Of a DNA stretch of 64,000 bases, positions 1-14,086 are shown one piece after another; within the stretch, counting starts at the first letter, position 1, and every line of letters begins with the position of its first letter. A model generated the notes under the pieces. That model saw nothing but the letters and a program-made list of their open reading frames with translations, searched no databases and was not told the origin of the DNA. The stretch is from NCBI GenBank assembly GCA_964252035.1, contig OZ176212.1. One strand, written 5' to 3'. The DNA is from Podarcis erhardii (lineage: Eukaryota). The translations under genes and the position numbers were made by a program.

Positions 1-114
1 GCGGCTTAGTCATGCTGGCCACATGACCTGGAAGCTGTACGCTGGCTCCCTCGGCTAGTAAAGCAAGATAAGCGCCGCCACCCCAGTCATCCGCATCTGG
101 ATCTAATGGTCAGG
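1..114 (+). mobile_element. Sauria SINE, 3' part
   Basis: Matches the 3' half of the full-length copies in this window. Confidence 0.75.
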
Positions 115-1566
115 TATGTACCGGGTGAGTCTTTTAAAAGAGGCCCCGTGGAACATGTGTACTCTGTATCCACAGGGTCTCTTTTAAAGGACTCGCCCTG
201 TATTTTTGTGGTTTTATGCTGTAAACCACCCTGTGATCCTTGGATGAAGGGAGGTATAAAAATCAAACCAATAAACAAAAACTGAAACCCTCTGAGGGGC
301 ACATGCCAGTGGTGGCCATGGCCAAAGCAAAACGGGTATGGCTGCATTACCTCCATCCCACCCCATCCTCTCTCTTGCCAGAGCAGTTATACACATACAG
401 ATTTTGTTATTAGGCAGCTGGGGCTGATGCGAATACTAGTTCAAAATGTCTGGAGGGCACCCAGTTAGGGAAGGCCATTGCCTTTTGGCCTAGTAGCTTT
501 TGAGATCCCACATGCATATTTCCAGCTAAAGTCAGAAACAGAATGCTGGTCTAGAGAGTTCTTTGGTGCATCTAGACTACAGTTGCATGGACACCGTACA
601 TTTTTAAAAGTACACACATACCCCCAGAATCCTGGGAACTGTCGCTTACTATAATTCACAGCACCCTTAACAAACTTGCTGGGTTTGTTTTGGGTGGGGA
701 AAATGTGCTTTAAATGTATGGCTGTGTACTAGACATTCTACGTGGGTGTAATCCTGCCCATTTTGGGGTGCCCCCGCCCCCTTCTGTTTCAGCCTGCCCA
801 CCTCTGGCATGCAGACCTTGAAAGAGTAGCCATGAGGGAAGGAGGCCCTTGGGGTGAATCGTGTCCCTGCCACCTTCAGATCTAGAGCCAGAGATACTGT
901 ACATGGGAGACTTTTTCAACCATTAATTTTATGAGCTGATCACCAACTTTCAGCCTGGCCTACGTCATAGAGTTATGAAAGAGGTGGTGAGAAGAGAACC
1001 AAATCTTTTGCCCCGAGTTTGTCCTTGAAGGAAGGGCAGGAGAAAACGGTACTTTAGATTAGAATAATGTTCTGACCTAGAACAACTCTGGTTTTTTAAT
1101 TTTTTTGGGTAACCTTTAAACCTGGCTCTCCTCCTTTTGCAAACCAGCATCTCCACCTTTGGCTTTGCTAAATTAAGGGCTTGCAAGACAGTGTTCCTCA
1201 ACATTTTTGAGGACGAGCCAGTTCTCATGCACAGACTTGTTTTCATGCAGAAGAGATTTTGGCTTCCCAAATTCCATGAACGGAGCAGGGGAGGATTCAG
1301 CAACATAGGCACAGCCTCAAATAGTGTGGTCCAGTTTGCACCTGTGATCTACGGCAGGAATGGGGAACCTTTGGTCTCCCACTTGTTCCTGAACTACAGC
1401 TCCCATCAGCCCTAGCAGGCATGGCCAATGGTCAGGGATGGTGGAAATTGCAGTTTAGTAACATCTGGAGGGCCAAAGGTTTCTTGCACCTGATGTAGGG
1501 CTATACGCTTTAATACATCTAATTTATAGCATTAGTTACAGGTTAAAATGTGTCCTTCCACTAAAC

Positions 1567-1702
1567 TGGTGTTTCTCAAACTTGGATCTCTAGCTGTTTT
1601 GGGATCACAGTTCCCATCATCCCTTCCCACTGGTCTTGCTAGCTAGGGATGATGGGAGTTGTAGTCCAAAAACAGATGGAGACCCAAGTTTGGGAAGCGC
1701 TG
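1567..1702. mobile_element. About 135-bp palindromic MITE (CCCATCATCCC...GGGATGATGGG)
   Basis: Near whole-length inverted repeat; related degenerate copies near 400-465, 1364-1490, 37027-37085 and 37630-37735. Confidence 0.65.
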
Positions 1703-3056
1703 CACTAAGCTGTGGAACAGGCGGCAAATGCTTTGGGGTAGGGCTAGTCTACTCATGGTCTCTGGGCCCAGCCTGACTCCCATGTCTCCAGCTCAGAAGG
1801 AAAGGAGAAGGAGATGAGCTGATGCATTAGGGACAAGGCGGCAATTTGGAAGAGAGCGTGTGTGTACATACTTCCAGTGAGTCCTTAGCTCTCGTCTAAA
1901 AAGTGACCCATCACCAAAACTAGTTGCTAACCAAGGCCTGAGAGCAGGGATAGGCAACTACTACATGCCTATGAGTTGTATCCAGCATCAAAATAGTTCT
2001 AGCCAACCCATGCAATGGGTGGGGAGTGATGTGACCTGCTAACATTTAAGCAACATGTTGTAACGTTTTTGCTTGCAACGAGGAAAAGGCATATAACCGT
2101 CCGTCCTTATTTCTCAGGGCAACTCCCAACTCTCTGGACTTAGTCTTGTCTTTGGTTATTTACTATCTCTAGTTTCACCTCCTCAAATGCTTGAGTCAGC
2201 TGTGTTCTTGTTCTTCAGCAAATTTAGGGAATGTGTGGCCCTGCAGATCTTCTTTGACTCCCGCTGCCAACAGTACCAGGGTCAGGGATGCTGGGAGTTA
2301 TATTTTGCCAGTATCTGCAAGGTTCTTTAGCTAGGTCTGTAGACACTAAAGCCCCTGAGGGTCAAACTTGGTGTGATGTTCCTTGCACAGTGCTCTTGCT
2401 TCTTCTCCATATGTCAAATGTTGGCGGGTACGAAGATTATTTATAAAAGATTTTTTTCAGGAAGTAGAGAGCCCCCAGTATAAGCTTCTCTTTGTGGTTT
2501 TGCATGTGATGCCTGAGCATGTGACTCATAGAATCAGAGAACTGTAGAGTTGCAAGGGACACCGAGGACCATCTAGTACAACCCCCTACAACCTCCATCC
2601 AATTTGAAAGCATACCAGACCCTGCTTAGCTTTGCAAATGTGCTGGCTGTTTTATTGCTGTACCACTGTTCTGTACTTCATGATTTCATAATTTTACAAT
2701 TTTGTGATGATTTTGTTGAACGTCATCTTATTATTTTTTTTAGTGAGTTGGAGGGTTACAAATATTCTTATAAAATAAAAATATGTGATCTGTAACTGTG
2801 AGGTCCTTTCTGCTAAATTGGGGGAGAGGGAATAGCTTTATAATGGGGTCAGCTTGGGAAACTAGACTAAAATATTTCTCCCTGTTGTTCTGGCTGACTT
2901 TCATGGGGCAGCTTTCAAGTACGGTATCTGTCTGATACCTGCAGTATGAAGCCCATTCTGCTATCTCATTCCCCCTTACTTTGGCACACATTGTACATGC
3001 AGGCAGCTTGGCCTCTGTAACGGGGGACAATGAACAGCACTTTATGGAGAAGTGTA

Positions 3057-3297
3057 CAGTGGTACCTTGGGTTAAGTACTTAATTCGTTCCGGAGGTCTG
3101 TACTTAACCTGAAACTGTTCTGAACCTGAAGCACCACTTTAGCTAATGGGCCTCCTGCTGCCGCCGCGCCGCCGGAGCCCGATTTCTGTTCTTATCCTGA
3201 AGCAAAGTTCTTAACCTGAAGCACTATTTCTGGGTTAGCGGAGTCTGTAACCTGAAGCGTATGTAACCTGAAGCGTATGTAACCCGAGGTACCACTG
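3057..3297. mobile_element. Tc1/mariner-pogo-type MITE, family A (TIR CAGTGGTACCTCGGGTTA, TA target)
   Basis: TIRs at both ends, TA flanks, about 240 bp. Confidence 0.85.
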
Positions 3298-3544
3298 TAC
3301 TTACTTTTCTCTGTCCTGTATCTTTGTCACTTTCCACTTAAAATCAACATCCGTGCATCTATTAAATTTTGGTCTTTTCATCACACAGCTGCATTTTGAA
3401 GTTGTTTTTTTAAAAAAGCTATTTCTATTCCTTATCTATTCCCCAGTAAAGATTAAGTGAAAATGTTAAAGATGCCCTTTTCTCCTGGCTAAAGGTAGCA
3501 GATGGTGTTTATTTGGTAAATGTCAAGTCATCCAATGGGAGCCA

Positions 3545-3830
3545 TGAGCTAGAGGTTTATAAAATTAGGTATGGAGTATAGAGAAAGTGGATAGAGGGAA
3601 GTCCCGGCCCCCCCAGCCCCCAGTCTCAAAATTCTAAGGTAAAACTCTGGGTCACCAAATGAAATTGATGGGCAGGTCATTCAGGGCAGGCAAAATAAAA
3701 ATTTACTTCATAGGACATCGGTTAATTTATGTTCACTGCCGCAAGATGTGACAATAGCCTTAGGCAATTTTTAAAATGGGATTAGATAACTTTACAGAGA
3801 GTAGTCTTAACCAATGGCTATCAGCCATGA
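3545..3830 (+). mobile_element. CR1 LINE 3' fragment, degenerate
   Basis: AGAGGTTTATAAAATT...AGAGAAAGTGGATAGAG...GGATTAGATAA...ATGGCTATCAGCCATG pattern. Confidence 0.55.
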
Positions 3831-6800
3831 CTGTCTTATTTTTTAATCTTTGTACAGTACTTAGAAAATTCTAGACACTTTATACCGTAAGTGATAAATT
3901 AAAAAAAAAATGATGGTGATGGCAAATTGGATCCTCTGGATTCAGAAGCAGTGCTGTATACCACTGAAGATGTTGCTGTCCTAGCAGAGACTTCCTGGAG
4001 GAAATTGGTTGAGTAATTAAGGGAAGCAAGATATGGAACTAGATGGATCAATTTGTTGGATCCAGTAAAGGCTCTTCTTGTGCAATACGTTTTTCTGCCA
4101 ATGTGAAGGATCCTGCCTTTTTATCAGGTTCCAGTTCAGGTGGACAGAAGTAATTTGTAATGATTATGGCTACAAACAGCAAGCAAGTCCTGTGATGTTT
4201 CTAGTGAGGGCCAAAATACTGAGTTTTATGTAAATTCTGATGGGAAGCTGGTGCTGAATGAGACATTGCTATTTGGTTCCAATCCCAGAAGCTCAACTCT
4301 GAATTTCAAAGGATGCAATGCAACACCCCCACCCCCTGTGCAAACTCAGCCAAATGAGCAAAATTGCATGAAGGTTATTGATTTGTGTTATTTATTTTGC
4401 ATACTGTTTTTTAAAAAATGTGTGTAATATACCGATACCGCACAGGCTGCCCTGTACAATGTGTCATATTTCCTGTTTCTGATTCTATCTGTTCTTTTAA
4501 TCTGAAAAACAAACTAGTGATAGAAAGGGGTGGGGAGGGGATGTTTTGACTGACTAGTCTTTGCTACACCAGTTTAAGACTCAATATATAAAATTGGGGC
4601 TACTCGGTTTTTTCTTCCCTCTCCCCCGCCCTGCAATATTGATTGATGTGAAATGTAATGAAAATGCAGGAATTATTCTCTCCAGGTACTTCAAGGTGGA
4701 GCTTAATATTGTAAATGGGTTGTTCAGATGTTGCAGGAAAGGTATTGGGAACAGGGTTTCTTTTTTCCTTAATTTTTTTTTTTACTGTACTTGGATTCTT
4801 CCCAGAAAGAGTAAATCTGAATTAGATGGGAAAGGGGGAAATATGGCTGCCATTTTTATGCCAACAGTGTCATGTGGATACGGTAAAATAAAATGCATTT
4901 ATTATGAACGTCTGACAATGGAAGCCCCCCCCCCCGCAAGCGTTCCCTGCTTTCCCCCAGGCTGCAACAATAAATTAACCTACTAGTAAATTTCATGTAG
5001 GCAGGAGGATTGTGCAGAAAGTGTCTCCATTTCTTTGTTCCTTCTAGCTCTTTCCTCCCAGCAATAATAAATTGCTTCCTTCCCAGGCTCCTGCCTTGTT
5101 CTGTAAATATGGCTTAATAGGATTGCTTTTCGATCCCTGGAGAGGTGGGGTGAGGATGGTCCGGCCATGAGCTAAGAGGGTGGTTCCCTCCTTCTCTCCG
5201 ATGAATCATTCAGAAGTCATTTCCGAGAGAGCTGCTAATGGATTGAGAAACAGGAGAGAGAGGGGGAAAAACCCCTTTATGACCAGAAGTCTAGCTTGGG
5301 CTTAGGGAGCCACTACACTAGGGACAGATGTCTGCACCAGTCTGCACAGGGGTGAGCCTGAAGTAGATTGTGGTAGACCGCTGGCCAATTTCTGCTGAAC
5401 CACAGAGTGTCTGTTGGTTATTGGGGATTTCTGCAAAGAATGCCAGATGGGTGTACTTTGGTCTGACCTTGTTGGGGCAGGTCAATATATTTCTAGGCAA
5501 GACAACAGGATCTCTTAACCCAGATAAGTTGTGCCTGAACTCTGAAGAGATCTTGAGATTTGTAAAGGCTGTTTGCTTTGTATGCTTATTTTCATTTTCG
5601 TTTTCCTCACTGACTTTTTATTCCTTTGCACATTTAAAACACACGGGTGGAGCAGGGAGAATTATCATTAAGGAAGTAGGCAATGCAAGACTGCTGTCAG
5701 CCCAACCTTAAATTAGGAGTAAGAAATAAAACCACCAGGAGGGTAAAGAGATAAGCATTGTGTACTAAATGAATACAATGCGTGTCTGGTTTGCCGGAGG
5801 GCAAAAGTAAACATTACACAAAGATGCAGGTAAGATTTCCCCTATTTAACCAGAACAGTTACTTCTGGAGAAGCAGCTAGGATTGAAAATGTGGAAAGGC
5901 TTAACCCTTTCCCAAACTTCCTCGAACTGCCCCCAGGTGCTTTTTCAAAAAAACGAGAAACTGACCACATTTTTGAACTTTGCAAAATGGTTTCTTAGAA
6001 GCCATTTGGACCACCCTCCCACAATTGGCTTTTCCTGCTTAAAAACACCAATAGGAGTTCAATGTTACAAACATCTCTGCGTAATCTCTACTCTGACTTC
6101 TTAAAAATGTCTTGTTGGTTCTGCTTCAAGCTGGAACCATCTACTCCAGGGTAAAATGAACAGTTGTGAATTATGAATCAGTTCCCACACTACAACCCAA
6201 ACTCCTTGACAATGGTGTCTAGCCACCTGCAGTTTTTATAAGTGTTTGTAGTAATATATGCAGAGACACTTTTTTAGTAAATCTATTGATTAAATGTTAC
6301 ACCCATGGCCCCCAGTCCTGATCTACAGGTACAAGGGGGCATTTAAAAATGTGGTGCACACCCTTGTAGTCAGATTGGGACAGCCCCCTCTGACATTCAG
6401 CCCCCTCATTCTGCTGCATGGGCAGGCCAGGTCCGAATGTTGAGTCGTTCCTCATGGAGTGCATGTTCCTGTACGTAGCAGCAGCCCTCTGTAAGCTTCT
6501 AACTTCACACACTGGCAGGGAAATTAAGTGCCAAGAGATCAAACGTGATATGTCATGCCAGTGCTGTGACCAGATGCACAAAATCCAGGCCCAGAAGGGT
6601 ATGTTCTGCAACTCACGATCCCTGACACCATGCTGGTGCCTGGGGCTGGAGCCACAGCGCTGGAGTAGCTGGAAGAAGTATCTACTTTGATAGCCAGGCA
6701 AAGGCAGAAAGGAAAACCAGTGGGAAGCTGGACTATCTCCAGTGTGGAAAATTGCCACCTTTGGAAAATTGCCACCTAGAGGCCCACTTCCTCTTCAGTG

Positions 6801-6944
6801 AGCATCCTTCCTGATGCTGGGTGCCTCGGAAACCGCCATTTAAAATGGGCAACAAGCACCAGATGTAGGTTGTGTACTCTCTACACTTCAAAAGGACATT
6901 CAAAACACATTTTCAGCCCTCCCTGAAGGATTCTGGGCTGTGTA

Positions 6945-7170
6945 CAGTGGTACCTTGGGTTACAGAGACTTCAGGTTACAGACTCCGCTAACCCAGAAAT
7001 AGTACCTCGGGTTAAGAACTTTGCTTCAGGATGAGAACAGAAATTGTGTGGTGGCGGCGCGGCAGCAGGGGGAGGCCCCATTAGCTAAAGTGGTACCTCA
7101 GGTTAAGAGCGGTTTCAGGTTAAGAATGGACCTCCGGAACGAATTAAGTTCTTAATCCGAGGTACCACTT
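6945..7170. mobile_element. MITE family A (reverse orientation)
   Basis: Same TIR and body; right terminus slightly degenerate. Confidence 0.8.
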
Positions 7171-8354
7171 TAGTTTGTTAAGGGTTGCTGTAATTTGTGT
7201 GGGATAAACTGCTGTGCCCAGAATTCTCCTGAGGATAACAAGGGGCTTTGAATGTTGTTTGAATGTATTCCCACACTGGGGCATTGTGGGAAATTTTAAA
7301 GGTGGCCTGTCATATTCACATACTGTCCAGCATTCCTCTGATGAAAATCGGGATGTGCGTTTTTTGATGTCGCACTTGTGGGAGCCAGCTGAATCAGCTC
7401 ATCCTCCTTCCTGAGCTTGGTGGTGGCAGTGCAGGGAAGGGATCAGATCAGATCAGAAGCTGGGGTGGCTTCTGTAATTCTGGGAATGTCTCTGAAGGGC
7501 ATGTTCTCAACCATCCAGTATGGTGGGGCTGGGAGAGGCGTTGATACTGGTGGCCCCTGCTTGAGTTTTGGGGTCACTGCAGCTCCTGGGCCTCCCTTTT
7601 AGTATTTATTTGAAGCCTAGTCAATCCAAGGGCTTCATACCGCTAATTAGACACTGTTTCCTTCACTACCTCAAGGGAATTGTGGCCTGAACTCGCAATC
7701 ACTGGACCAAGTTCCTGCCCCAGGTTATAAGATTCTGGATTGAATCCTTCACACATGGCCGGAGGAGGGGCTCTGATCAGGATTGGGAACCTAAGTATGG
7801 AAATAGGGGATTTAAACCCTTTACCCTTGCTGTGTTCCTGATCCAGATTGGGCCCTGGTGTCTGCAATTTGCCTTTGGAACAAAATTTCCCATTCACATC
7901 AATGACTGGGATTTGGCTAGATCAACAAGAGAAAAGGAAAGGTCTTCTATGAAAAAAAACAAACCTTAAGACCTAGAGAAAAATATTGATGGGTAAGCAT
8001 AATCTTGAAAGTTGCTGTTCCAGAACATGATGGATGATGCCTACTTTTTAATACAATTGTTTGTTTGGTTTTTTTATATAAATAAAAGTTTAGGAGAATT
8101 GCATCAAATAAACAATACGTTGTACACAATCTTGGCTTCAATACATCACAGCACTCTTAAACGCCCTGCTATTATTTCTCATATGTTCTTATATATTACA
8201 TTGCAACTTGTTATATTAAGCCCTTGCTTCTGTTCTGCAAAAGGATGGAACTTCCTCATTGATATGTTGAGGTCCTTGCCCCCCAAAATCTGTTATCCAG
8301 CTGAAATGATATGACATCACTACAATATATATTAAAAAGAATACTCCCCCAGTA

Positions 8355-8405
8355 TAGGGTTGCCAATCTTTCACAAAGTGAAAATCCGGGCATATGGCAA
8401 CTGTA
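8355..8405. mobile_element. Minimal 51-bp hAT derivative (TAGGGTTGCCA ends)
   Basis: Imperfect TIRs flanked by direct repeat CCCAGTA. Confidence 0.5.
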
Positions 8406-9364
8406 CCCAGTACATACTTACTATCCAGCCAACATCTTGAAACTTGTGGCAGTAGCACCATCTGGTGGATACTGTAGTATCTTGTAAACTGCAACTTTGA
8501 ATTTTTGCCAACAAGTCAGAAGGCAAAGTTAGTTCCCCCTCATTGTCGTCCAAACTCCCCACAAACAAATCAGATGTTCAATACTCAATGAAGGCTGAGT
8601 ACAGTCTAAGCTTTGTGTAAGTTCTGGCAAGCAAATTGGTATGAATGCTAAAAGAACAGTTTGTCTGGAGGAGCCTGCTGTAATTATTTTGGGGTGGGGG
8701 TGGGGAGTGGGATTGTGCCTGCTAACTACATATTCAGTATGTTTGCAAGCCAAGCTGCGTGGACGTTCATTTGCTGGTGGTTTGAAACAAGATCTCTGCA
8801 AATTCAGATTTGGGTTTCCAGGGTATATATGAGCCCTGTATGCAGACATCTGCATACCTACATGTAAACTCATTTTAATCTGCTGCTAGAAGTGTGGCTA
8901 GTGGGTGCATCAGGGGGGGTAGTGGGGTAGCTGTAATTCCAGTCAGGCATTCACTGAATGGTGGTGTGTTTGTGTATACATTGTTTCTCAAAACCTTGGT
9001 GCTCAAACAACTTGGAACCCAAACACTGCAAACCTGGTAGTAAGTGTTCTGGTTTGCAACCTTTTTTGGAAGCTGGGCATGCTCCATTTTGAGTGTTACG
9101 CTTCCGTTTTGAGTGTTACACTGAGGTCTGTCTCTTTTTGCTATTTATTTTGCGGCTCTTTTTTGTTTTGTTTTTGTGATTGTGTGGAACCCAGTTCAGC
9201 TACTGACTCATTAATTGTGTGACTAGTACATTGTTTATTGCTTTAATTTTATGGCTCAATGGTCTTGTTAGAGAGTAAAATTCATGTTAAATTGCTGTTT
9301 TAGGGGTTGTTTTTAAAAGTCTGGAATGGATCAATCCATTTTGCATTACTTTCTAGGGGAAAGC

Positions 9365-9443
9365 GCGCCTTGGTTTTGGAACGCTTCGGTTTTGGAACGG
9401 ACTTCCGGAATGGATTAAAGTTTGAGAACCAAGGCACCACTGT
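9365..9443. mobile_element. Fragment of a related TA-target MITE (one end only)
   Basis: Ends GAGAACCAAGGCACCACTG-TA with internal GGTTTTGGAACG repeats. Confidence 0.55.
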
Positions 9444-9721
9444 ATGTGTGGATGTGGAAGCCATTTGCATGGGCCTTGTGTTTGGCAAGAGAAATCTCTC
9501 CTATGCCACATCCTTAGGCCTAGTTTATTGATGCAGCAGAATGAGATGGAAGAAGGCTGTTAGACTTATTGGACTGTATTACTTCAGAGAGACCCATTTA
9601 TGAACTATTATTACTATTATTTATTTATCTATAACTTATGATCTTTTCTAACCACCGTATAGAGAATAAAAGACAGTCCTTGCCCACAGGCTCAGTATCT
9701 AAAAGGCTGGATTACAAGAGG

Positions 9722-9943
9722 GGGACGTGGGTGGTGCTGTGGGTTAAACCACAGAGCCTAGGATTTGCTGATCAGCAGGTCGGTGGTTCAATTCCCTGCG
9801 ACGGGGTAAGCTCCCGCTGCTCGGTCCCTGCTCCTGCCAAAGCACGTCAAAGTGCAAGTAAATAAATAGGTACCACTCCGGCGGGAAGGTAAACAGTGTT
9901 TCCGTGCGCTGCTCTGGTTTGGTCAGGGGTCCCTTTACCTTTT
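9722..9943 (+). mobile_element. Sauria SINE, internally deleted
   Basis: tRNA-like head GGGACGTGGGTGGTGCTGTGGGTTAAACC, ACCTTT tail, 10-bp TSD TTACAAGAGG. Confidence 0.85.
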
Positions 9944-10501
9944 TTACAAGAGGAAGGCAGGGAACAATTATGATAAACAAATTCAAGCCCCAATTCTTGA
10001 AGTTGCGTAACTGGTCAGCATTATTATCTGACCTAGACAGGTGGACCTCCCTGCTTTTAAGGGCACCAGTCCTCACTGACCTGATGCCCTCCGGGTGATT
10101 GGCAAAGCTGTTGGCACCACGTTGACAAAGGATGAAACATGCATACAACCTAGCAGCCCTTAGTCCACTGGTCAGTGGCCAAGGGCAGAGTCTGTTCCCT
10201 TCAGCTCTGCAGTCTCGGGACAGCTAGTACCTTAGTTTATTGCACAATCACATTAAGGAGAGGAGTCAATTTAACTCTGCAGGTCACCTACAATGTCAGA
10301 ATTCCACTCTCTCATCACTCCCTTTAATAGCAAACACAAGTGGTAAGTGCTATCGACAGAAATGAAGCTTTAAAATGGGGCTGCTGAGAAATAAGTTAGG
10401 GAGGTATCAGCACATTAAATGGAGTCATGAGGACTGTGTTGGTGCAAGGGCGAAAAGTAGGTATATAGAAAGGATAATTCCCTGGATGCCAAATCCAAGT
10501 A

Positions 10502-10727
10502 CAGTGGTACCTCGGGTTAAGTACTTAATTCGTTCCGGAGGTCCATACTTAACCTGAAACTGTTCTTAACCTGAAGCACCACTTTAGCTAATGGGGCCTC
10601 CTGCTGCTGCCGCACTGACAGAGCACGATTTCTGTTCTTATCCTGAAGCAAAGTTCTTAACCTGAAGCACTATTTTTAGATTAGTGGAGTGTGTAACCTG
10701 AAGCGTATGTAACCCAAGGTACCACTG
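10502..10727. mobile_element. MITE family A
   Basis: TIRs and TA flanks. Confidence 0.85.
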
Positions 10728-11045
10728 TACTCTGTGTGTCACTTGTACATGACTTGCCTATTGAGCGACTTGATTTGCTTGTGGGGAGATTGGCTATGTA
10801 TTGAACATGCACTCTGATTTGTTCGCAGGTTGGTTCTCCAATTCTGTTGCAAGCAATTATTATGCCACACTTTCCATGGCATCATCTTGACGCTTTCCTT
10901 GTTGCAAAAACGTCCAGTTTTGAGGGGACGTGGGGTTTTTTTTTTTGTACCAGAGCTCCAAATAACGTTTAATTGCACAACCTGAATTTGCTGGTGATTG
11001 AATCCCACCTGAAAATAGTAACAGTTTGGAAGAGCTTTAAGTGTA

Positions 11046-11271
11046 CAGTGGTACCTTGGGTTAAGTACTTAATTCGTTCCGGAGGTCCGTTCTTAACCTG
11101 AAACTGTTCTTAACCTGAAGCACCACTTTAGCTAATGGGGCCTCCTGCTGCCACTGCGCTGCCGGAGCACGATTTCTGTTCTCATCCTGAAGCAAAGTCC
11201 TTAACCTGAAGCACAATTTCTGGGTTAGCGGAGTCTGTAACCTGAAGCGTATGTAACCTGAGGTACCACTG
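11046..11271. mobile_element. MITE family A
   Basis: TIRs and TA flanks. Confidence 0.85.
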
Positions 11272-13005
11272 TATTTAGCGAGGGCAAATGGAATGGCATT
11301 GCCTGCCGGAAGACAGAATTGCTAGTGGGAACCTGAAATAAGAGCACTCCTATTCAAAAGTGAGTATATATTCTAATTTTGTCCTACTTGTCCTGTATAC
11401 CAATAGCAAACTCCTTTTCCTTATACAGCCAAAACAGCACCACCCATGCACAAGAGAGAAGCATTGGTAGGCTTGAGGAAACTGCAAGGTTTGCTGGAGA
11501 TTTTTAGTTTTAAAAATCCCTAAGCAGAGGAAACCCTCAAAACAGCCTGGAGGGAATTGCATATGCTCAGTAACTATGGAATGCTGGGTGGCTGTTGAGA
11601 GGGAAAAAATTAAGCAGTGGAGGGGAATGGAGTGGCAGATCATGGAAGAAGGCATGCCTGGAACACCAAACAGGTGCACTCCATACCGCAACATTTTGTT
11701 GCAGTTTCCCACCACCTTTCCTGCCCTGAATCTGCCACTTAAATCCCTGCAACTTAAATTTCCACTGCACATTTAAACCAGTTTCAGGCTCCTGAACTCA
11801 ATCCAATGTACAAAGATGTACACAGAGGCTATAAGGGATCTTAAAGCAAAGACTTCTCAGCACTCACAAACTAGTTCCCAGGGTTTTTGTGGGGGAAACC
11901 CAATACAAGTGACGCTTCCTTATTTAGCCTTTGTATTTGCCTTTGGTGACCAAGCAAGTGCTATTTACAAAAGCAGTTTTCCATTTGTATTACAAACACA
12001 AGGAAAGGCAAAGAGCACTTTTAATGCTATGCGTGAAAGTCATCTCCATAACTGACTGAATCTGCTTCCAGGCTAAGCTGTGTGTCCTCTGTGTTTATGT
12101 GTAACTGGAATTCCCGGTAGTTTTTCTTACTGACTCTGCAAGGACGCTCTCTCACCACTGAGTGCTGTGGGCTCTTCTGATCAGACAACCTAGGAACATA
12201 CCTGCTGCCAAACTGGAGGATAGCAGTTTTTCCAGGAATCCCTCACTAGAGGCCAGCCTGTACCTTTTAGGAAAACTATGGACAGGGAACTGTGTTCTCT
12301 GCTCTTGGGCAAGACCCTACCTCTTTTCTACCCACTCCTCCCTGCCATTGACTTCACACTCTGTTCTTTTGCTCATGGCTTGCAAATCATTAATAGGTCC
12401 AAGGACGGGACAGATAGGACAACTCTCGGAAGGTTCAGAATCAGCCATCATACGACAATTCAGCAAGAGCTAGGAGCAGCAATGGAGGAAAACCCCGACT
12501 CGGTTCGAATTTAAAGCCTAAACTATCACTTTTGCACTTTCTGAAGCAATATGAGAACTGAATCTCAGCCGTCCTTTGAAATTTTTGGCTTATCTGCATT
12601 TTGTGATGCAGTTCTCTAACCAACCAGTGTTTACAACAATGCATATGGAAGGCGAAAGTGTGCATTAAAAAGAAAATAGTATTAAAAATGCCTTATATCA
12701 GGAGACAATATGTATGCTAGTCAAAATTACATACAAAACTGTGTTTAGTAGGATAAATATGTGCTATAATACTAGAAAAAATTCATGTGGGTTTTCAAAG
12801 AAATTGCAGAAATAGGGAGAACTGAATTCCAGATGAGAAAGAGGACCGAAACCGACAGAACTTTCCATCCTTAGCTAGGAGCAGACTCTTCTTCACCATG
12901 TAGAATCTTCTGCCTGCTGTCAACACTCATCAGTGCTATTGAGATTAGAAGGCCCTGCCATTAAACAATGGGCCTCACTCACTGCCCCAAATACCTTACT
13001 TAGTA

Positions 13006-13247
13006 CAGTGGTACCTCGGGTTAAGTATTTAATTCGTTCCGGAGGTCCGTTCTTAACCTGAAACTGTTCTTAACCTGAAGCACCACTTTAGCTAATGGGA
13101 CCTCCCGCTGCCGCTGTGCCGCCGGAGCACAATTTCTGTTCTCATCCTGAAGCAAAGTTCTTAACCTGAGGTAATATTTCTGGGTTAGCGGAATCTGTAA
13201 CCTGAAGTGTATGTAAGCTGAAGTGTATGCAACCCGAGGTACCACTG
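13006..13247. mobile_element. MITE family A
   Basis: TIRs and TA flanks. Confidence 0.85.
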
Positions 13248-14086
13248 TATTCTGTTGATGGGGAAAGTGTCAACAACGGAATGCTCACAAGCTACATCCT
13301 AAATGTTCCAAATGCTGTGGGGAAAAGAGTCAGGGTGGAAAGGGTAGCTAATTGGACTCTAGGAAGGCTGAGGTGAAAGAAGCCTCAGCTGAAATCTATT
13401 GCTGTTAAATGAGACAGGAAGTGACCTAACAATGCAAATCACCTGCCTTGTGATAGGAATTCTTAGGATGTTATGTAACAGGGAATTGTCCTCCACTAAA
13501 ACTTCCTTTTTGTGAAGCTATATCCCAAGTAGGGATGGGGGAGAGGTTTGTTTAAGTTTGCATTTAAAGGTGGAACTACCTAATTTGCAGTTTCCAAAAA
13601 CAATACTCTGCACTTCTGCAGATTTACAGTGCAATTCTCCAGCCAAGTAAACCGAGTAATTGTTACAAAAATGCATCTACTAGGGTAAAGTATGCATAGA
13701 AACTCATATATTAGTGAAAGAATACTATATAGAAATGCTTTCTGTCTGGGAAAATTGCTTTGTGAAAGAGGTATATTTGGCAAAATTGCTTAGAAAAATG
13801 TATATATTAGGGTAATGTCACACTAAAATGTAGATGATTTTTCAAAAGGTCTTTAAAAATAAATTTCATTCTGACATGTGGAGGACTAAATTTAATGCTA
13901 GAAAAATGAGAAACTAAGAGGAATAGAAACTGACAGATTCAGCCCTTCTGAAATTCAGATTTTGGGCTGGGAGAACATGTTGCTCTAGGTCAGTTTAGCT
14001 AGCAAGTGACCTAGGTTTTGTTTGGGCATTTCTCTCCCCCTGCGTTGTGTGGCTCCACTTATTGGCTTAAACCATCTCTGCTCTGC

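Noticed and set aside
965-1415. Overlapping 115-aa and 92-aa ORFs
   Set aside because: No recognisable domain or convincing splice signals.
3235-3290. CRISPR-like or functional short direct repeats (GTAACCTGAAGCGTAT)
   Set aside because: Subterminal repeats of the MITE in a vertebrate genome; no unique spacers.
8371-8568. Exon-like segment with a strong GTAAGT donor (LDDNEGELTLPSDLL...)
   Set aside because: The only in-frame acceptor is G-rich and weak; no recognisable homology.
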